IMG/VR virus record: IMGVR_UViG_3300049846_000231 | Span: 1 to 26,444 of that record | Strand: one strand, 5' to 3' | DNA length: 26,444 bases | Source of the DNA: a virus | Taxonomy: Duplodnaviria > Caudoviricetes | Shown here: positions 25,064-26,444 of the stretch, in pieces | Numbering within the stretch: the stretch's first letter is position 1 | How the letters are laid out: each line of letters begins with the position of its first letter | Position numbers and translations under genes: made by a program | Notes under the pieces: model-generated | Told to the model about the DNA's origin: nothing | The model's input: the letters and a program-made list of their open reading frames with translations, nothing else | Databases searched by the model: none

Positions 25064-25797
25064 CAGTACACGAAGTCCTCTTCCAGGCTGTAGTGGCCGA
25101 CCTTCACGCTGCAGTCGATGGCGCAGCGGTATCCGCGCTTCTTGGCGTCCATCCAGAAGTACAGATCCTGCGTGGTCACGCCGTGCTGCTTCTCGGTGAC
25201 GAACCACGGGCGGCGCAGCTTGCGATCCTTGAACATGGACATGCGCCACAGGTTGAATCCCATGCCGGTTCCATTGCACTCAGTCAACCCGCCATTGGGG
25301 CAGGGCGGTTGAGGACGGAAGTTCAGCACGGGGTCCTTCGGGTCGCCCCAGATTTGCGGAACCCCGCCGGCTGTCCCATGCGCGCCCTTGGTAAAGTACA
25401 AGCCCCCGACGCACGCGAACTCAGGATGCGCCTCCATGCGCTCGAGCAGCTTCACGACGCCATCGTGCGGCGGCATGTTGTCGTGCTCGATGGTGAGGAT
25501 GTACTCCCACTGCGACAGTTCGGGATGCGCGAGGATGTTCTCGATGGCCGTGCTGTACGCCTCGCCTACTTCCATGCCCACAGCGGCGATGCGTGCCACC
25601 GCGTTGTTGGGCGGAAACACCAAGTTCCAGTGCGTGAGCGCAACTTTCGTGGGGATCGTCCCGCCAGCCGGGATGATGACCACGATGCGCTGGCGCTTCC
25701 ACGCGGCCGACTGCTTGATGCGCGAGCGCATCTTCCCCACGTCGCCGTTGTGGAGACCTCCGACCGAGAACTCCTGCAGCAATAGTTGAGGCTTCAA
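25063..25797 (-). CDS. GT-A fold (GT2-like) glycosyltransferase
   Basis: IVVIIP, YILTIEHDNMPP (DxD position), VGGLY, GTGMGFNL, QDLYF...GYRCAIDCSVKVGH. TTG start with AGGAG RBS overlaps the upstream stop. Confidence 0.8.
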   Translation of the reverse strand: MKPQLLLQEFSVGGLHNGDVGKMRSRIKQSAAWKRQRIVVIIPAGGTIPTKVALTHWNLVFPPNNAVARIAAVGMEVGEAYSTAIENILAHPELSQWEYILTIEHDNMPPHDGVVKLLERMEAHPEFACVGGLYFTKGAHGTAGGVPQIWGDPKDPVLNFRPQPPCPNGGLTECNGTGMGFNLWRMSMFKDRKLRRPWFVTEKQHGVTTQDLYFWMDAKKRGYRCAIDCSVKVGHYSLEEDFVY

Positions 25798-26444
25798 ACG
25801 GTGCTCCTGATGAAGTTCCAGTAAAGGCGGCCGGTGCTCGCGCGGATGTCGCTGGTCGCCATGCCGGCAGGCGCAGCGGTCGTAGTCGTGGCGAAATGCC
25901 CCTTGAACGGCACCACTTGGGAGGACGAGTTGCCGACCGTCGTGTTGCCGAATTGCTTGAACGCGGTGAGCACAGGGTCGAGGATGCACATGCGGCCCTG
26001 CGAGGAGTTGAACGCAGTGCCGGCAAGGTAGTTACCGCCGCCAGTGGTCGATCCGGTAGACGAGATCGAGTGCATGTGGGCAAGCCAGAACTCGCCCGAC
26101 GGCAGTGTGGTGCTGATCGGCACCATCATCATGTTGGAGCCGGTGATCCACGCATTGGGGCCGGTAATCAGCGAGTCCACAGCCGTGCTGGCCATCGTGG
26201 ACGCCGCAGCTACTGCGGAACCGGACGTGCTCACGGTTCCCGAGGTCGTTCCACCCGTCGAGTCGATCTGCGAGATAAACCCATACGTGATTGCGTTCGT
26301 CACCCGCACATCATTGGTCGAGGTCGAGGAGTACGTGATCGACTGAGTAGCCGACACATCCGCCTGCCCCGTCCACATCGACTCGATGCGGGTGCTGTTC
26401 GTGCCAGTGCCTCGCGAGTACAGCGCGAAGCGGTTCATCACGAT
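25794..26444 (-). CDS. Ser/Thr-rich protein, C-terminal part (5'-truncated), probable structural/fibre protein
   Basis: Open to the window edge; very Ser/Thr/Gly-rich with FALYS and LPSGEFWLA beta-strand motifs. Confidence 0.7.
   Translation of the reverse strand: MVMNRFALYSRGTGTNSTRIESMWTGQADVSATQSITYSSTSTNDVRVTNAITYGFISQIDSTGGTTSGTVSTSGSAVAAASTMASTAVDSLITGPNAWITGSNMMMVPISTTLPSGEFWLAHMHSISSTGSTTGGGNYLAGTAFNSSQGRMCILDPVLTAFKQFGNTTVGNSSSQVVPFKGHFATTTTAAPAGMATSDIRASTGRLYWNFIRSTV

Noticed and set aside
25064-25989. Long N-terminal extensions given by the ORF track for the MTase (to 25279) and GT (to 25989); likewise endolysin (to 2608) and scaffold (to 21798)
   Set aside because: They overlap upstream genes in another frame; coupled starts at 25063, 25797, 2401 and 21756 fit better.

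Overview
This GC-rich window is part of a tailed dsDNA phage or prophage with podovirus architecture (T7/BPP-1-like morphogenesis module; no RNA polymerase, terminase or integrase in view). A long minus-strand late operon runs from the right edge to about 1346. In order it encodes: Ser/Thr-rich protein, GT-A glycosyltransferase, methyltransferase-like protein, TGYAP-repeat protein, portal, Bbp19-like protein, scaffold, major capsid, cement, then an intrinsic terminator, tail adaptor, nozzle, GNAT-like protein, three ejection proteins (the last a 2598-aa polyvalent protein), an esterase-bearing tailspike and a lysis cassette. It converges on a few plus-strand accessory genes across an att-like intergenic region. 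The most notable observations are: (1) a sigma70-like antisense promoter followed by a compact, tetraloop-capped ~70-nt RNA, hidden at the end of a PBECR-like RNase domain inside the polyvalent ejection gene (candidate RNA antitoxin); (2) a glycosyltransferase/methyltransferase pair flanked by Ser/Thr-rich genes immediately upstream of the portal (candidate virion glycosylation system); (3) a structured capsid leader with a twice-repeated internal-loop motif. All protein calls come from motif recognition and synteny by eye; no searches were run.
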